NCBI GenBank assembly: GCA_022825505.1
Contig: JAJDWR010000022.1
Location: 15,046-79,045, forward strand
Direction of reading: 5' to 3'
Source of the DNA: Gammaproteobacteria bacterium
Lineage (GTDB): Bacteria; Pseudomonadota; Gammaproteobacteria; Steroidobacterales; Rariloculaceae
Length of the DNA: 64,000 nt
Position 1 is the stretch's first letter. Every line of letters starts with the position of its first letter. The position numbers and the translations under genes were made by a program. Below are positions 63,355-64,000 of the stretch, one piece after another. The notes beneath the pieces are model-generated. The model was not told the origin of the DNA. It saw only the letters and a program-made list of their open reading frames with translations, and made no database searches.

Positions 63355-63368
63355 TGTAAGCGATTTCA
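63355..63368. promoter_or_regulatory. LacI-family operator-like palindrome TGTAAGCGATTTCA
   Basis: Second copy, 165 nt from the first, in the same receptor/cysH divergent region. The flank AAAATGTAAGCGATTTCAT closely resembles AAAGTGTAAGCGGTTTCAT at the first copy. Confidence 0.55.
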
Positions 63369-63591
63369 TCATTGGTTTGGCCGACGCGCGAATGAGGCAA
63401 TGTTGTATCCATCGGCGTCTGGCTATCGTTTCCTGCGCGTTTCGAATCCCTGGCGGCTAAGAATCCAGGGGAATGTCGCTATTCCAAATCCGCGTAACTT
63501 ATTCACCTACGGCATGGAAGCATGAAAACTCGGTCGTTCCGATTCAACCTCACATGCCGTACCGTCGCGTTCCCGGAAAGAACGAACCGAG

Positions 63592-64000
63592 ATGAGCGCC
63601 GTAGCGACAGACCTGTTCCCGTGCGACCCGCAGCCGGTTGCCTATGACGAGGACGAGAGCCGTGAGGCCGCCCTCGCCCATTGCGAGCGCGAGTTTGCCG
63701 GCATGGCGGCGGAGGAACGCGTGCGCTGGTCGCTGGACCGGCTGCCGGGGAACCACGTCCTGAGTTCGAGCTTCGGCGCCCAGGCGGCCGTGTCGCTGCA
63801 CTTGCTGACGCAGGTCGCCCCCGGAATTCCGGTGATTCTTGTGGACACGGGCTACCTGTTCCCGGAGACGTATCAATTCGTGGATCAGCTCAGCGAGCGG
63901 CTCAACCTGAACCTGAAGGTCTATCGCAGCGAGTTTTCGCCGGCCTGGCAGGAAGCCCGCTTCGGCAAACGGTGGGAACAGGGTATCGAGGGGATCGAAG
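63592..64000 (+). CDS. cysH: phosphoadenosine phosphosulfate (PAPS/APS) reductase, 5' partial
   Basis: My own translation from ATG 63592 (not in the ORF track because there is no stop): ...[19 protein letters not shown]...[23 protein letters not shown]. Runs off the window end. Confidence 0.8.
   Translation, partial: MSAVATDLFPCDPQPVAYDEDESREAALAHCEREFAGMAAEERVRWSLDRLPGNHVLSSSFGAQAAVSLHLLTQVAPGIPVILVDTGYLFPETYQFVDQLSERLNLNLKVYRSEFSPAWQEARFGKRWEQGIEGIE

Noticed and set aside
63158-63525. 100-aa and 89-aa ORFs in the receptor/cysH intergenic region.
   Set aside because: The region is lower-GC and contains the two LacI-type operators and presumably both promoters. The ORFs have no motif and overlap each other.

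Overview
High-GC proteobacterial-type chromosomal segment, densely coding. I found no rRNA, tRNA, CRISPR array, transposase or integrase. Layout: (1) 0.2-5.2 kb holds envelope and periplasmic genes (DUF945-like, di-haem peroxidase, DUF442-like phosphatase fold) plus an FAH hydrolase / maleyl-isomerase pair, ending against an 18-codon relic of a cobO 3' end. (2) 5.6-17.6 kb is a cobalamin salvage and nucleotide-loop locus: cobT-cobS-cobC-cobO, a cobalamin riboswitch, btuB-btuF-btuC-btuD-cobQ-cbiB-cobD, and a convergent cobU. (3) 17.6-21.1 kb carries an APH-fold kinase, the first member of an uncharacterised secreted family with predicted mature N-terminus His-His-Ser, a small membrane protein and an MBL hydrolase. 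(4) 21.4-33.1 kb is an 11.7 kb, almost fully translationally coupled haem operon: hemA-hemC-hemD-hemB-hemL-[sensor kinase-response regulator]-hemE-chdC(hemQ-like)-ferrochelatase-amine-oxidase-like flavoprotein. This is a coproporphyrin-dependent signature. (5) 33-42 kb has three more HHS-family paralogues, two of them clustered with a secreted VOC protein and a secreted cupin, plus korAB and an endostatin/DUF1554-like secreted protein. (6) 42-63 kb is a glycan-utilisation locus (GH16, GH43, GH26-like, clan GH-A, GH3, two sugar-porter MFS paralogues, Gfo/Idh/MocA, LacI). It is joined to a TonB-dependent receptor / halogenase-like / SapC / JmjC-cupin / halogenase-like operon. A shared LacI-type palindrome occurs at four promoter-proximal positions across this block. 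(7) The window ends with the 5' part of cysH. The most interesting candidates for undescribed biology are the HHS-family secreted metalloprotein cluster, the receptor-halogenase-SapC-cupin operon tied to a sugar regulon, and the non-canonical terminal haem branch with an embedded two-component system. All family calls come from motif recognition by eye, with no database search.
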